Shown here: in pieces, positions 39,881 to 51,800 of the stretch
How the letters are laid out: every line of letters begins with the position of its first letter
Numbering within the stretch: position 1 is the stretch's first letter
Source: Octopus vulgaris
Taxonomy: Eukaryota
Direction: 5' to 3'
Assembly: GCA_951406725.2 (NCBI GenBank)
Contig: OX597822.1
Location: forward strand, 60,698,001 to 60,762,000
Length of the DNA: 64,000 nucleotides
The notes under the pieces: generated by a model
Told to the model about the DNA's origin: nothing
What the model saw: only the letters and a program-made list of their open reading frames with translations
The model's database searches: none
Made by a program: the position numbers and the translations under genes

Positions 39881-40872
39881 TTCTCCATTATTTCCAGGTC
39901 ATATCACCTGAGGCTAAAGCACTCGACAAGATCCAGGGGAAGAAACAAGCCTACCTTGAGACTCTGTGCCAATAGCAGCTGCGACAATTTGAAGTCCAAG
40001 TGCCTCATCTACTGCAGCCCCTTAGTCAACACACTTTTTGCAGGCATTGACAAAAGGTTAGGACCCTCCTGGAGGATGAGGAATACCAGCTGGCTGCTGC
40101 CTTCCACCCGTTTCACCTCATCTGGTTGTATGACAACATCAAGGTCGCTTTATCAATAAACATTTAATACTAATATTGTTACATTTGAGTTTTTTTACCC
40201 TTTTCTGACTCTAAAAGCCTTTAAAAACCTAAAAAAGAGCCAAAACTATGAAATTAGCCTTTTTTAGGTCTTCTAAAAGTTAAAACTATAAAATTAGCAT
40301 TTTTAATTCTAAAACAAAAAAATTATAGTCTTTCGGTTCTTAAAGCCCCTAAAGAGGCCAAAAAAAAGGCTGATTTTATAGTTTTGGCACTTTTTAAAGG
40401 TGTTTTTATGTGTGGCTTTCGAGCAAAAAGTGATTTTTTGTTTTTGTTTTTTCTATGATAGAAATTAATTTTAAGGGTTTATTGATAACTTACATTACAT
40501 TTTTAAAGAATTAACTGATTAACAGTTACTGAAGTTAACTTTTTGGTTAATGGATTAATGGTTAACGAAGTTAACTTTTCAACTAAGGGTACCCACCTTT
40601 GGTAAAAACCCCCTTGTGCAGAGTGACCATTATGGTGTCAAGTTAGCTGCACTGTAGAGAGAGAAGAGTGCAGGAGCAAGCATGCACCCCTGCTTCACAC
40701 CATGGCTTCACTAAATTCTCCATTGTATCATGTAGCTTTACCTGCAGCAGATGTCATCACTGCTGTGGATCAAGAGCAGGTCTTAATAGCCCACATGTAA
40801 GCCTGCCAGAGACAATTACTGAACACAAACAGGCAACATCAGCATACAATGGACAGCCGATATATATATATA

Positions 40873-41045
40873 TAGGAAAAAAAGCAACAAGAATGGATTA
40901 ATCCATTCTTGTTGCTTTTTTTCCTATTTGTAATCACCCCACTTGTCGTATGGTTAACACCATATAGATTTCCGGTGCATCCTAGTTAAGGACCATATTC
41001 ATGTGAATTCATTAGAATTCACTTGAATCTCAATTACTTAAACCA
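40873..41045 (+). mobile_element. Short hairpin-capped relative of the 53341..54498 element in (TA)n
   Basis: Palindrome centred on ggattaatcc, then taatcacccca...ggtgcatc...ccatattca...cttgaatct, homologous to 53341..53485 on the minus strand. Confidence 0.75.
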
Positions 41046-41099
<54 letters not shown>

Positions 41100-41271
41100 T
41101 ACATATACATACTTACATACATATGTATATACATATGCATATATGGGTACAGGGCATAAAAAAATGTAAGCAACAAGAAAAACGAGACAGGCAAAATAAA
41201 GAACAATCCGTTCATCAGTTATCCACTGTTTCATCTACTCCATATTTTGAACATTATATATATATATATAT

Positions 41272-41482
41272 ATCACCTTGATCACCTTGACCGACCAGTC
41301 CGTCGGGCGTACATTTGACACCACTGGTCACAGCATGCTGTCCACTCCTCTCTGGATCGCGCCTTTTTCATCCATGTGATCCCAATCGTCCTCCTGAAAT
41401 CGTAACTCCACCGTCGTGGAGGCCTTCCGAGTGGTCGTTTCCGTTCGCGCAGGTACCATTCAACAACTGCAGGTACCACTCG

Positions 41483-41486
<4 letters not shown>
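41272..41486 (-). mobile_element. RTE LINE 3' end
   Basis: EWYLRERKRPLGRPPRRW...ARSREEW. Confidence 0.75.
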
Positions 41487-41522
<36 letters not shown>

Positions 41523-41544
41523 TATATATATATATTTATATAAA

Positions 41545-41840
41545 GGGTAAAGATTCCATCCCCCTTCGGTCATGAATGACTACGGGACTGCACCTAAAAA
41601 GTTACCCTCCAAACAAGTCTGGGCAAGGTTGTTTATGGAAGACCAGCGGTTGCCCATGGATACCAGTCTCCCCCTCCATACCACTGATGTTATCCAAAGG
41701 AATACAGCTTGGCACCAGTGACATCAGAACTCATTTCTACAGATGAGTGAACTGGAGCAATGTGAAATAAAGTGTCTTGCTCAAGAACACAACACACAAC
41801 CCAGTCCAGGAATCAAACTCACTACCTCATGATTGTGATG

Positions 41841-41842
<2 letters not shown>
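41545..41842 (-). mobile_element. tRNA-derived SINE (a second copy at 42490..42810)
   Basis: Shared body ggtcatgaatgac...gaccagc.gt.gcccatg...aaataaagtgtcttgctcaagaacacaac and B-box remnant. Confidence 0.75.
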
Positions 41843-41887
<45 letters not shown>

Positions 41888-42145
41888 CTGCGAATATTGT
41901 CTGGCATCACATTCTGGAAAATAAAGTAATTATGGTATTAGCCTTCCTGAAGTACCCAAGATTCATTAATGAGCAATGGTGAGGGCACCTTTGGGGCCAC
42001 ATACCCATCTTCATTATGTAGTTGTAATATGGAAGAAGAAGGAGGAGGAGGAGGTCATCATCATTATCATTCACAACAACAGAATCAATATGACATAAAC
42101 TGATAGAAATCACTCTATATCTCAGCTTTTGAGTATTTAACTTAC

Positions 42146-42315
42146 CCACACAAGCTTCATGAACAAGTTTTACAATGGAAAAATGGGCAGACAACTGTTC
42201 AACTGTGAACTGTTCTTCTCTAGCAAATTGCACAGCATATGTGTAAAGGTTGAGTAGAATTTTTTCTTTGTGTTGTTCGGAGGAATTACAGAGATTGAAA
42301 ATTTCAGCAAGGATA
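42146..42315 (-). CDS. CFAP119: CFAP119 coding exon 4 (ILAEIFNL...LLNLYTYAVQFAREEQFTVEQLSAHFSIVKLVHEACV)
   Basis: gtctttcag|t ... gtgg|gtaagt; matches CCDC189 LDLF.HALIFCRQQGFSLEQTSA...LHKAC. Confidence 0.93.
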
Positions 42316-43224
42316 CTGAAAGACAGAGATTTGAAAAAGAAAATATATTATCAGACCATCTTTCAAAACAAATTATGCAATCCAAAAAATTTGTTACTGA
42401 TTTTATTTAAAATTCACTAAAACTTTTGTGATATACCAGGAGTTGTATCTTGGCTTGCTTTATTTACAAAGTAAAGACCCCCACCATCCCCACCCACCAC
42501 CCCTTGGTCATGAATGACCATGGGAGTGCACATAGAAAGTACCCCTCTGAAGCACAAGTCTGGGTAAGATAGTTTGTGAAAGACCAGCAGTCGCCCATGC
42601 ATACCAGTCTCTCCTTTCCATGCCACCAATTTTGTCCAAGAGAAAGACAAAGGCCGATACAATTTAGCACCAGTAATGTAGCAATTTATTTCTACAGCTG
42701 AGGGAACTGGAGCAACCTGAAATAAAGTGTCTTGCTCAAGAACACAACACACAGCCCCATCTGGGAATCAAACTCACAACCTAATGATTGTAAGCCCAAT
42801 GAGTCATGGACCTTCACTCATAAACCTTATTTAGGTACACATATATCCTAAAAATTTTGAAGGAAGAAAAAGATACAAGTATATTATGAATATAATCATC
42901 AATTGATGTCTGTTTTCCATACTGGCATTAGATGTTTCGTTTTTGGACTTGGTTTGCAAGATTCTTTATGTGAGTTTGTGTGTTGAAGCATATTTTGCTG
43001 TGTCTGGGGAGTGTATTATTTAATACACTCACTGTTAAAGTTTCCACTCATTTACTTATTTATTTTTTCTGGAAAAACCTTACCAGTGAGTGTGTTAAAT
43101 AATAAGATACTAAAAGAGAATGACGTACCCCAGACACAGCAAAATTAGTTAGATGGTTTGACAGGAAGTGGAAAGCCATAGAACTGCATCAAGCTCCAAT
43201 GTTTATTTTGGCATGGTTTCTATG

Positions 43225-43580
43225 GCTGGTTTCAGGGAAACAAGCACCATGGAACAAATATTTAATCACAAAGTCTTTGGGGGATAATACCTAGAACATC
43301 AAAAAGAATTATACATGTCTTAAATGATGTCTAGAACATCAAAGAGAATTATACATGCCTTCAATGATTTCTAGAACATCAAAGAGAATTGTACAAGTCT
43401 TCAATGATGTCTAGAACATCAAAGAGAATTATACATGTCTTCAATGATTTCTAGAACATCAAAAAGAATTACACATGTCTTCAATGATTTTTTAAAAAGT
43501 CTCTGACGAGGTTTGGCATGAAGTGCTAAGGGCCACAATGAAAAAGTACAACATCAGCCCATAACTGATTGAAGTCACCA
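43225..43580 (+). mobile_element. RTE RT fragment containing a 5 x 40-bp tandem array (43291..43490)
   Basis: ctagaacatc recurs at 43291, 43331, 43371, 43411 and 43451; flanks encode YLEHQKELY and DEVWHEVLRATMKKYNI. Confidence 0.75.
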
Positions 43581-44037
43581 GACAGCCACTCCTGCGCCTA
43601 ATGTGTTCATTATTTAAAACATGAGATGCAATTTGAAGAAGACTTGGTTGTTATTTGCAGCAAGTCGCATAGATGTTCCTTTGTTGGCTCATGTTAAGTA
43701 CAGTTTGTTACAGCATAATTATAAGTAAATAGCAATGATGGAAGTAGAAATATTCCATCTAATGTAGAAATCTAATATATTATTTAAAGAGACTAAGGTG
43801 GTGAACTGACAGAATTTTTAGCAAGCTGAAAAAATGCTTAGCAGTATTTCATCCATCTTCACAACTTAAGTTCAAATTCCACCAAGGTCAACTTTGCCTT
43901 TCATCCTTTTAGGGTCAACAAAACAAGTACCAGTTGAGCACTGGGAGGTCAATGTAATTTGCCTGAAATTGCTGACCTTGTGCCAAAATTTGAATCCATC
44001 ATTTATAGACTAAGGCAGTGAACTGGCAAAATCATTA

Positions 44038-44872
44038 TAGGCGCAGGAGTGGCTGTGTGGTAAGTAGCTTGCTTATTAACCACATGGTTTCGGGTTCAGT
44101 CCCACTGCGTGGCACCTTGGGCAAGTGTCTTCTACTATAGCGTCGAGCATTGTGAGTGGATTTGGTAGTCAGAAACTGAAAGAAGCCCATCGTATATATG
44201 TATACTAGCACTATGACCCGGCAACACCAGGTCATAGTGCTAGTGCATGCATGCGCACATAAACGCGAGTACTGTCCAAATCTCCAACCAATCACATACA
44301 GCTAGCTGGCATTCAATTGGCGTATCAAGTTTCAGGCATTTTGATTGGGTTTTGGATAGAAAATTCACAAAAAAGTCACTTCTATTGATTTTTTAATGGC
44401 TTTGCAGAGTGACTGGGGAAATGTAAAGATGTGCACGACCATCCTTGGATGGTTTTGAATGACCATAGAAAGTGCGAGCCCTCTAACTGAAAAATTGTGG
44501 ATTTGTATAAAGGACACACACACAGACATTTTACCGTTTATATATATAGAGATGTATATATGTGTGTGTGTTTGTCCCCCCAACATCGCTTGAAAGAAAC
44601 TCATTGTATATATACGGAAACTGAAAGAAGCTCATTGTATATATATGTATATGTATGTGTGTGTATATGTTTGTGTGTCTGTGTTTGTCTCCCCAACATC
44701 ACTTGACAACCGATGCTGGTGTGTTTATATCCCCATAACTTAGCAGTTTGGCAAAAGAGACTGATAGAATAAGTACTAGGCTTACAAAGAGTAAGTCCTG
44801 GGGTCGATTTGCTCAACCAAAGGTGGTGCTCCAGCATGGCTGCAGTCAAATGACTGAAACAAGTAAAAGAGT
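44038..44872 (+). mobile_element. tRNA-derived SINE with central microsatellite, interrupted by a Helitron
   Basis: ggcgcaggagtggctgtgtggtaag...gggttcagtccc head; tail ccagcatggctgcagtcaaatgactgaaacaagtaaaaga; a related copy at 46528..47020. Confidence 0.8.
44205..44552 (-). mobile_element. Non-autonomous Helitron
   Basis: Minus strand A|TC(TA)n ... terminal hairpin ... CTAG|T. Confidence 0.75.
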
Positions 44873-45265
44873 ATGCCGGACAAAATGCTTAGTGACATTC
44901 CATCCATTTGGGTTCAAATTCTGCTGAGGTCAACATTGCCTTTCGTCCTTTCAGGGATTGATATAATCACCTAGCCACCACTCCCAAAATTTCAGGTCTT
45001 GTGCCTATAGTAGAAAGGATTACCAATATATACTAAAGCAATCCCACTTTATTACAATAAGATTATAAGGAACAGAAGATGGTACTAGAGAGCATTGATA
45101 AGCAGAAATGTTCTAAAGTTGAAATTAATGCATTAAAGGTACTAATAAAAGCAATCACTATTATAGCTAGAAAAGTAGCCCCTAGTATGACTGGTTCCTT
45201 TACCTAAGATAAATTTGCAGAAACACCAACATAATAAAAGCTAATTTTCAATAATACATACTTAC

Positions 45266-45331
45266 TTTTTTACATCATTCAGTTTTTCAGCATTCTTAAG
45301 CATTGCAGATTGCTTTGGGCCCAAGTCTGCC
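45266..45331 (-). CDS. CFAP119: CFAP119 coding exon 3 (ADLGPKQSAMLKNAEKLNDVK)
   Basis: ccacag|g ... aa|gtaagt; phase 2 at both ends fits its neighbours and creates IVIWADL. Confidence 0.85.
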
Positions 45332-46664
45332 CTGTGGTAATTTCAATAGTAAAAACATTAATATACTATTCAGCAAGTCCCAAGCCATTCCAGTCACATG
45401 TAAAATTATTTCCCTACTGATAAAGAGCAATGAACAGCAAACAATATATTAATCAAATACAAGCTAGGAAATAGTTGAAAGAGCCACAATATTTAATTTT
45501 TATTGTTTTTGCCTAATTTCTTTCCTTTATGATACTATTTCACACATCCAGTGTTCTCTAATATATTATAATTTTTGTTTAATTTGTTAAAATTTCTCTG
45601 TCTCTCTCTCTCTCACTTCTACTATCCCTCCAGCTGGGGTGAGAGTAATATTAGGCATAGAGATGGTGAGGGCGGTAGTAGATTGACAGTTGTGATGGTA
45701 ATGGGGTGATAGTAACAGTATGAGCTGTAGTTGTGATAGAGGCAGAGGCAACAGTGGTGCTGGTGTTGGTGGTAATGGTAGCCGAGGCTGTCAAGGATGA
45801 TGGTGATAGTAAGTGATGTGAAAGATAGTGGTGATGGTGGTGGAGGAGAAGGCAACGAAGTCAAAGGTATTGATGGTGGTGGCGTCAGAAGTCTGGTATG
45901 TGTATAGCAGTTGTGGTGAAGTTGGTGGTGGTACTGGTGATGGTTGAAGACAATCAACAGAAAGAGAGAGAGAGAAAGAAAGAGGTTAGACAGAAAAAAA
46001 AAATTGTACTGATCTTCAGATGGGAAGACAAAAAATGTTTATCATTCAGCTTTGTACTAAGTTCCAAGTCGACAAATTATATCATTGTTTTGATGAAAAT
46101 TGTTCATTGCTTGAAAAATATTGGTCAAGTTTAATAAAATTTAATATGTACTCAATGCATGAAGTGTCATTGTCGGGCCCAAGGCCCAATAAAGTGCCCT
46201 CTCCAGGAGCTAGCTTAAAAGCCATCCAATAGAGCAGCTTCTAAGCTAGTTATGTCTATTTATTTTTATCATATCATCACTCAGTTTGAAAATATAGTTT
46301 TGTTTACACAAACTTTCTAATTAAAAAGAAAATGGGCCAGGTTGAAATTGAGGCAGCCACTTGCAACATACATTTCTTGAAGAATGCAGATGATTTTATT
46401 CATAACAACATAACAAACTTCATATTTCTATCTCAACACTATATAACACCAATATCTTCTTAGATTAAGTAGAGATTTCTGGTGTGCTGGTGCTGTGATG
46501 GACTAATGTGTTATTGAAGTGCCTTCAGGTGCAGGCATGGTTGTGTGGTTAAGAAGTTTGCTTTGCAACCATGTAGTTAGAGATTCAGAATGTTTTTCTT
46601 ATATTCCTGGGAACTACCAATACCTTGCAAGGGAATATGGCAGAGGGAAAATGAGCAGAGCCCC

Positions 46665-46725
<61 letters not shown>

Positions 46726-47639
46726 AGTGTGTGTGTACATGCACACATGGCTTTATGTTTGTGTCTATATTTTACCACTTGGCAACTAGTGTTGATTTAT
46801 TGTTGGTTTGTTCAAGTCCCCATTCCTTTGTGGATTGGTGAAGAGACACGATAGATGTTATCTGTCTCTTTTCATACCAGACCTAAAATATTACTGAAGC
46901 CAATTTCATTCACTAAACTCTTCAAATATTATTGAGGCCAATCTCATTCACTAAACTCTTCAAAGTAGTGCTCTAGCATGGCCACAGTCAAACGACTGAT
47001 ACACGTAAGGGAAAAGAATAAATACGTTTTGGAATGTTGCAGCGCTTGTGCATATTTTAGAAAGTTGACCTTATATAAAAGTTCCGATATGTTGTTCGTA
47101 TGTTTAGATATTTCTGAGAGTGTTGGTATTGTAGTAGCATTCTGATATGTTGTCGATGTGTTTAGATATTTCAGAAGGAGGAAAGGTTGTAATATTATTC
47201 TATGGTATTACTCTCAGAAACATCTAAAGATACGAACAACATATCAGAACTTTTATATAAGGTCAACATTCTAAAACACGCACTGCAACATTCCAAAATA
47301 TATTTATTCTTTTCCCTTACATGTATCAGTCATTTGACGGTGGCCATGCTAGAACGCTACTTTTAAGTGTTTAGTCAATGAAATACCATATGTAATAATA
47401 TGTAATATTATTCTATGGTATTACTGATGTATTTGAATATACCTGGAAGTGTTGCAAAGGCGGTGTGTTGGTTTTATAGTAGTGTTCCAAAGTATTGTCT
47501 TTGTGTCTAAATATTTCTAGGGTGTCGCAGGGACTGTGTGTGATGCTATTGTTGTAATCTGCTTGTGGGTTTAGATATGCATGGGTAATGGAGTGGCTGC
47601 CTGTTGTGCTAAATCAGATCTAAATAATAGTAAACTTAC

Positions 47640-47671
47640 CAAATAACGATCTGAAGCTGACGACCAGGTTG
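47640..47671 (-). CDS. CFAP119: CFAP119 coding exon 2 (QPGRQLQIVIW), 32 nt
   Basis: ttttctccag|caa ... tg|gtaagt; W codon split with exon 3. Confidence 0.8.
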
Positions 47672-47912
47672 CTGGAGAAAATTAAATAGAATGTAGTTAA
47701 CCAAAGAGTTAATTAGTTAAAGATTTAAGCATATCTAGATATGACCCCCTTTTTTTAATCATTTAGTCAGAGAAAGTAGGATAACTCTAACAGACATTAT
47801 AGGCTCTCCTTGATTGATACAGATAATGTTTAAAATGTCTGAACTTTTCAGTCTGTAAGAAACATATAAGACATATGAGGAAAAAAAAGTTGGTCTCAAA
47901 GTTTTGGGTGGA

Positions 47913-47993
47913 GGTAAAGATACGCACATCACCCGTTTTTGGCGTAACCCTAACCCTAATCGCCGAAAACGGGTGGTGTGCGTATTTTTTACC
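47913..47993. repeat. 81-bp palindromic mini-element with (TAACCC)2 core
   Basis: ggtaaagatacgcacatcacccgtttttggcg / cgccgaaaacgggtggtgtgcgtattttttacc around taaccctaaccctaa. Confidence 0.75.
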
Positions 47994-48709
47994 TTTGCCA
48001 TATTTTGAGCATGTTAAAGTTCTTTCATATGCAAGACATTTTTTTTTCTAAGACAGTAAGAAATACATAAGTGCAAGTGCCACTATGAACATCTGCTATG
48101 TTTGTAGATAAACAAGAACTTGCTGTTAGTTCCAAATTTTCTGCTTTCTTCAAAACAGTTCAAGTAAATCCAATGTTCACAAACACGCACTGCACACACC
48201 TCTTCTTTGACTTTGTTATCAATTTCAATACTTGGTAAACGACTTAATTTTCATCCTTAACATCATTTCCTGTTCCAACTATCTACAGTCAGTCAACCTT
48301 GCTTCCTACTTTTTTTTGTTGTTATTTTTAATTATTTGAATGCCGCATAAACATGAAGAAACTGGTATTCATTCATCACATTACCTATTTATTTCCGTTT
48401 TGAGCAAGTTTTTAAAATGATTTCCCAAGTGGTTTCTGTTAGAGTTTTTCTGGAGTTTTGTAGAAATATCTTTGAGAGAGAGAAAATAATGAAGTATCTT
48501 TCAATAGACTAACCAAAGTAATATTATTGCTTACTGACATATTGTAAAGTTAATTTAGAGATTAAAGTGGTGAGGCTGTACAGCAATCTGAAACATGAAA
48601 AATACGGAACGTTTACTTATTAAATAGAAATAGTTTATGTAGACCGCTCGACTTCTCCCGGGCCTATCGACATACTAATTTATTATATTTTGTAAAATTT
48701 TGCACTTAC

Positions 48710-48730
48710 TGATTTTTGACTACAAGCCAT
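48710..48730 (-). CDS. CFAP119: CFAP119 probable first coding exon (MACSQKS)
   Basis: ATG...tca|gtaagt, phase 0, compatible with exon 2; lies just downstream of an X-box. Confidence 0.65.
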
Positions 48731-48808
48731 AACTAGCTTCGTCTTATTCAACTGTTAACTGTAACGGTTTTTTTCTCAGTCGATGTCAAAGTTATCTCCC
48801 CTACACTT

Positions 48809-48823
48809 GTTGCTATTGACAAC
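48809..48823. promoter_or_regulatory. RFX X-box motif
   Basis: GTTGCT-ATT-GACAAC fits the GTNRCY-N(0-3)-RRYAAC consensus, about 80 bp upstream of the ATG of a ciliary gene. Confidence 0.65.
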
Positions 48824-51800
48824 GAAGCGTTCTGTATTTTTCAGATTTCAAACAATTGATCATAAATATTTTTTATTCACTATTGCAACTACTCTGCAAC
48901 TAGCTACCGTGGCTTTTTTTCACTATCACTGCACTATACACCTGCAATACCACTTACACGACATCACCACTACTCCTGTAACTACTATCACTTTATCACC
49001 ATTGTCACGGCACCATCATAACTATCACTGTCAAAACCCCACCATTACAATTACATTGCCACTGCCGTGTCCATGTAACAATCTCACTACTAACAGTCAC
49101 AACACCGCTACAACCACTACACCCACACTGCCACTACCACCACAAATACCACTATTACAAAATCAACACTACACTATACTCTTCTGTCACCACCACTACC
49201 ACCACCACTCTAATGTCTACATTAATTGCTCTACCAATGGAAAGATCTGCCAGTTCATTGAACGAGGCACCTATTGTAAGTCTGTTGAATATACTTTATT
49301 TTCTTCTTAAAACACAGTGGGGTACTACTTAAGAAGAGTGGTCCCGGTGTGCGCACTCGCGTACTCGCGCATCCGCGCTAGCTAGTCGTGACTAGTCGAT
49401 CCTACAACGACTACCTAGCAAAATAAATAAAACACAAAATAAATAATTTTGGTAATCTTTCGTTTCTAGTAGACCTTTCCGTCGATTTCCGTAAAAAAAC
49501 TTCTTTTTTTTTTTTACATATGGACTTGCGGCAACTTTTGAAGTAATGAGAGCGAAAGAGACTAAGAGAAATCGAGGCGATCTTTCGTTTGTAGTAGCAC
49601 GTTTCCGTCGATGATTTCTGTAAAAAACTTTTATTTTTTTTACATATGGCCTTGTGGGAACATTTGAAGTAATGAGAGCGAAAGAGACTAAGAGGAAGCG
49701 ATTTTATGACGAGGGAATTTCTTTTGAAGTTATCAAAGCATTGATGTACATGTGTGTATGTGTGTGTGTTTGATGGGGTGTGGGAGACAGACAGTATGTT
49801 GTGTAAGTGAAGTGCTTCTGTTAGTGTGTGTGAAGAGACAGAGTAATGTGTGAAAGAGAGAGATAACTGAAATTTTTTACTCGGTGTATGTGTATATGTA
49901 TGTATGCATGTATGTGTGTGTGTGTATGTATGTGTGTATGTATCTATGTATGTGTGTGCGTATGTATGTATGTATGGCCGATTCAGTGTACACTGAATCG
50001 GCCATACATACATACACACATACACACACACACATACTTACACACACACATACATAGATACATACTCACACACACATACATGCAGACATACATATATACA
50101 TACACCGAGTAAAAAATTACACTGAATCGGCCATACATACATACATACACACACATACATAGATACATACACACACATACATAGATACATACACACACAC
50201 ACATACATGCATACATACATATACACATACACCGAGTAAAAAATTTCAGTTATCTCTCTCTGTCTCTTCACACACACTAACAGAAGCACTTCACTTACAC
50301 AACATACTGTCTGTCTCCCACACCCCATCAAACACACACACACACACACACACATGTACATCAATGCTTTGATAACTTCAAAAGAAATTCCCTCGTCATA
50401 AAATCGCTTCGTCTTAGTCTCTTTCGCTCTCATTACTTCAAATGTTCCCTCAAGGCCATATGTCAAAAAAATAAAAGTTTTTTTACGGAAATCGACGGAA
50501 ACGTGCTACTACAAACGAAAGATCGCCGAAAGCGATTGTATGACGAGGGAAGTTCTTTTGAAGTTACCGTGCATGGGAGCATTGATGTACATGTGTGTGT
50601 GTTTTATGGGGGTGTGGGACACAGAAAGTATGTTGTGTAAGTGAAGTGCTTCTGTTAGTGTGTGTGAAGAGACAGAGAGAATAATGTGTGAAATTTTTTA
50701 CTCGGTATATGTGTATATGTATGTATGCATGTATGTGTGTGTGTATGTATGTGTGTATGTATGTATGGCCGATTCAGTGTTTACATTATTTCGAGTTAAA
50801 ACGAAAGATTACCTTTGCCTGTTTATGTAACGGTCTGCTATGTAGAAAATAATGAGGTTGACTCAATGGAATAATGACAGTGATCGAAGATATAGACAAA
50901 TTTTTTTTTTAATCGTTATACATGCCTTGTCGACTGCTACTGTGCAGCCTTAATGTCTCTGTTGATGTGATGATGGTGAAATGGTAAGAAAAAGACGGGA
51001 GAGTTATAAAATGAGGAGGAGATATTCTTCTCATGAGAAAAGAGTTGCATGCAAAGGAAAAAAAAGTTAATAGTCTATAGATGTGCACAGAAACTGGGTG
51101 CAAGCATGCATATATATGCATGTGTAAACATTGTGTTGTGCAGCAAAAGGAACGAACAGTACAAATGTGTAACGAAAAGTGACAAAATCCTATTGGTAAT
51201 GTCCTGTGTGAAAAGTCTATGCTGAAAAGTGAGAAAAGGTTAGTTCTCTTGGTTGGGTAGCTGTCCTAAGTGTTGCATTTATGTATGGCAACTGTTTCCC
51301 TCGTGGATCTGTGCATCGGGTTGCAGTACATGTGGAATGTAATTAGTGTGTGTCCATTGAATCGGTGACTTCATTCCTTTCGTGTTGTGTTGGGCATGTG
51401 ACGATGGCGTTGTGAAAGTTCGTGTCCTATAATTCTTGTTGATGCGACTGGCACGGACTGTAATTGTTTTCAAGAGTTCATGCGATGCGAAAGCAGTAAG
51501 TCTTTGAAGTCGAGCTCACCAAATGTAATGGATAAGGTAACGAAGACTGCAGTTCTGTGGCTCCGGGGTCAGCAATTGTGGCAGGGTTGTTGTGTTCGAA
51601 TCACGTTGTGGGTAACCAGTTGTATCGTTGTGGTTGATGTATTCTAATAACGTCTCTCTGCCGATGCTCGATGCTGACAATACAGAATGTGAAGGTGGCA
51701 TTGTCACTTCTTCATTTCGGCCGAGTGTAGAAAAAGAGGTATATCACTGTGACACCTATTGTTTTCGTGTGGTGTCTGTGTAGACGCGGAAAAGTTTTAA

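Larger units (their letters stand above)
37776..40601 (+). mobile_element. hAT (Ac/Tol2-like) transposon, internally deleted
   Basis: TIR caaacctgggcac / gtacccacctttg; 8-bp TSD ataaaaac / gtaaaaac; gttaac subterminal repeats; TTDNGSNFVKAF and HMRCVAHTFSLVA motifs. Confidence 0.85.
37500..40700 (-). mobile_element. RTE (BovB-like) LINE fragment split by the hAT insertion
   Basis: FIHTKTGGKLFSLACL...ELFYTDE at 37536..37775; apparent continuation beyond the second TSD at 40610. Confidence 0.6.

Noticed and set aside
41146-41255. Hammerhead in the TA-flanked fragment with ctgatgaa on the minus strand
   Set aside because: No downstream GAAA with pairing stems; possibly a truncated element end but not supportable.
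43291-43490. CRISPR-like array
   Set aside because: Contiguous tandem units without unique spacers, eukaryotic context, derived from RT coding sequence.
47759-48001. ORF MAKVKN... as the main gene start
   Set aside because: The donor is supplied by a repeat terminus; the exon at 48710..48730 has a stronger donor and an adjacent X-box.
48783-49310. 175-aa Thr/His-rich ORF
   Set aside because: Degenerate (CAC/TAC)n low-complexity sequence overlapping the promoter; no domain features.
49313-49319. CACAGTG (RSS heptamer / Transib-like terminus) at the foldback element edge
   Set aside because: Better explained as part of the 9-bp TSD acacagtgg/acacaatgg; there is no 5-bp TSD outside it and no RAG-like ORF.
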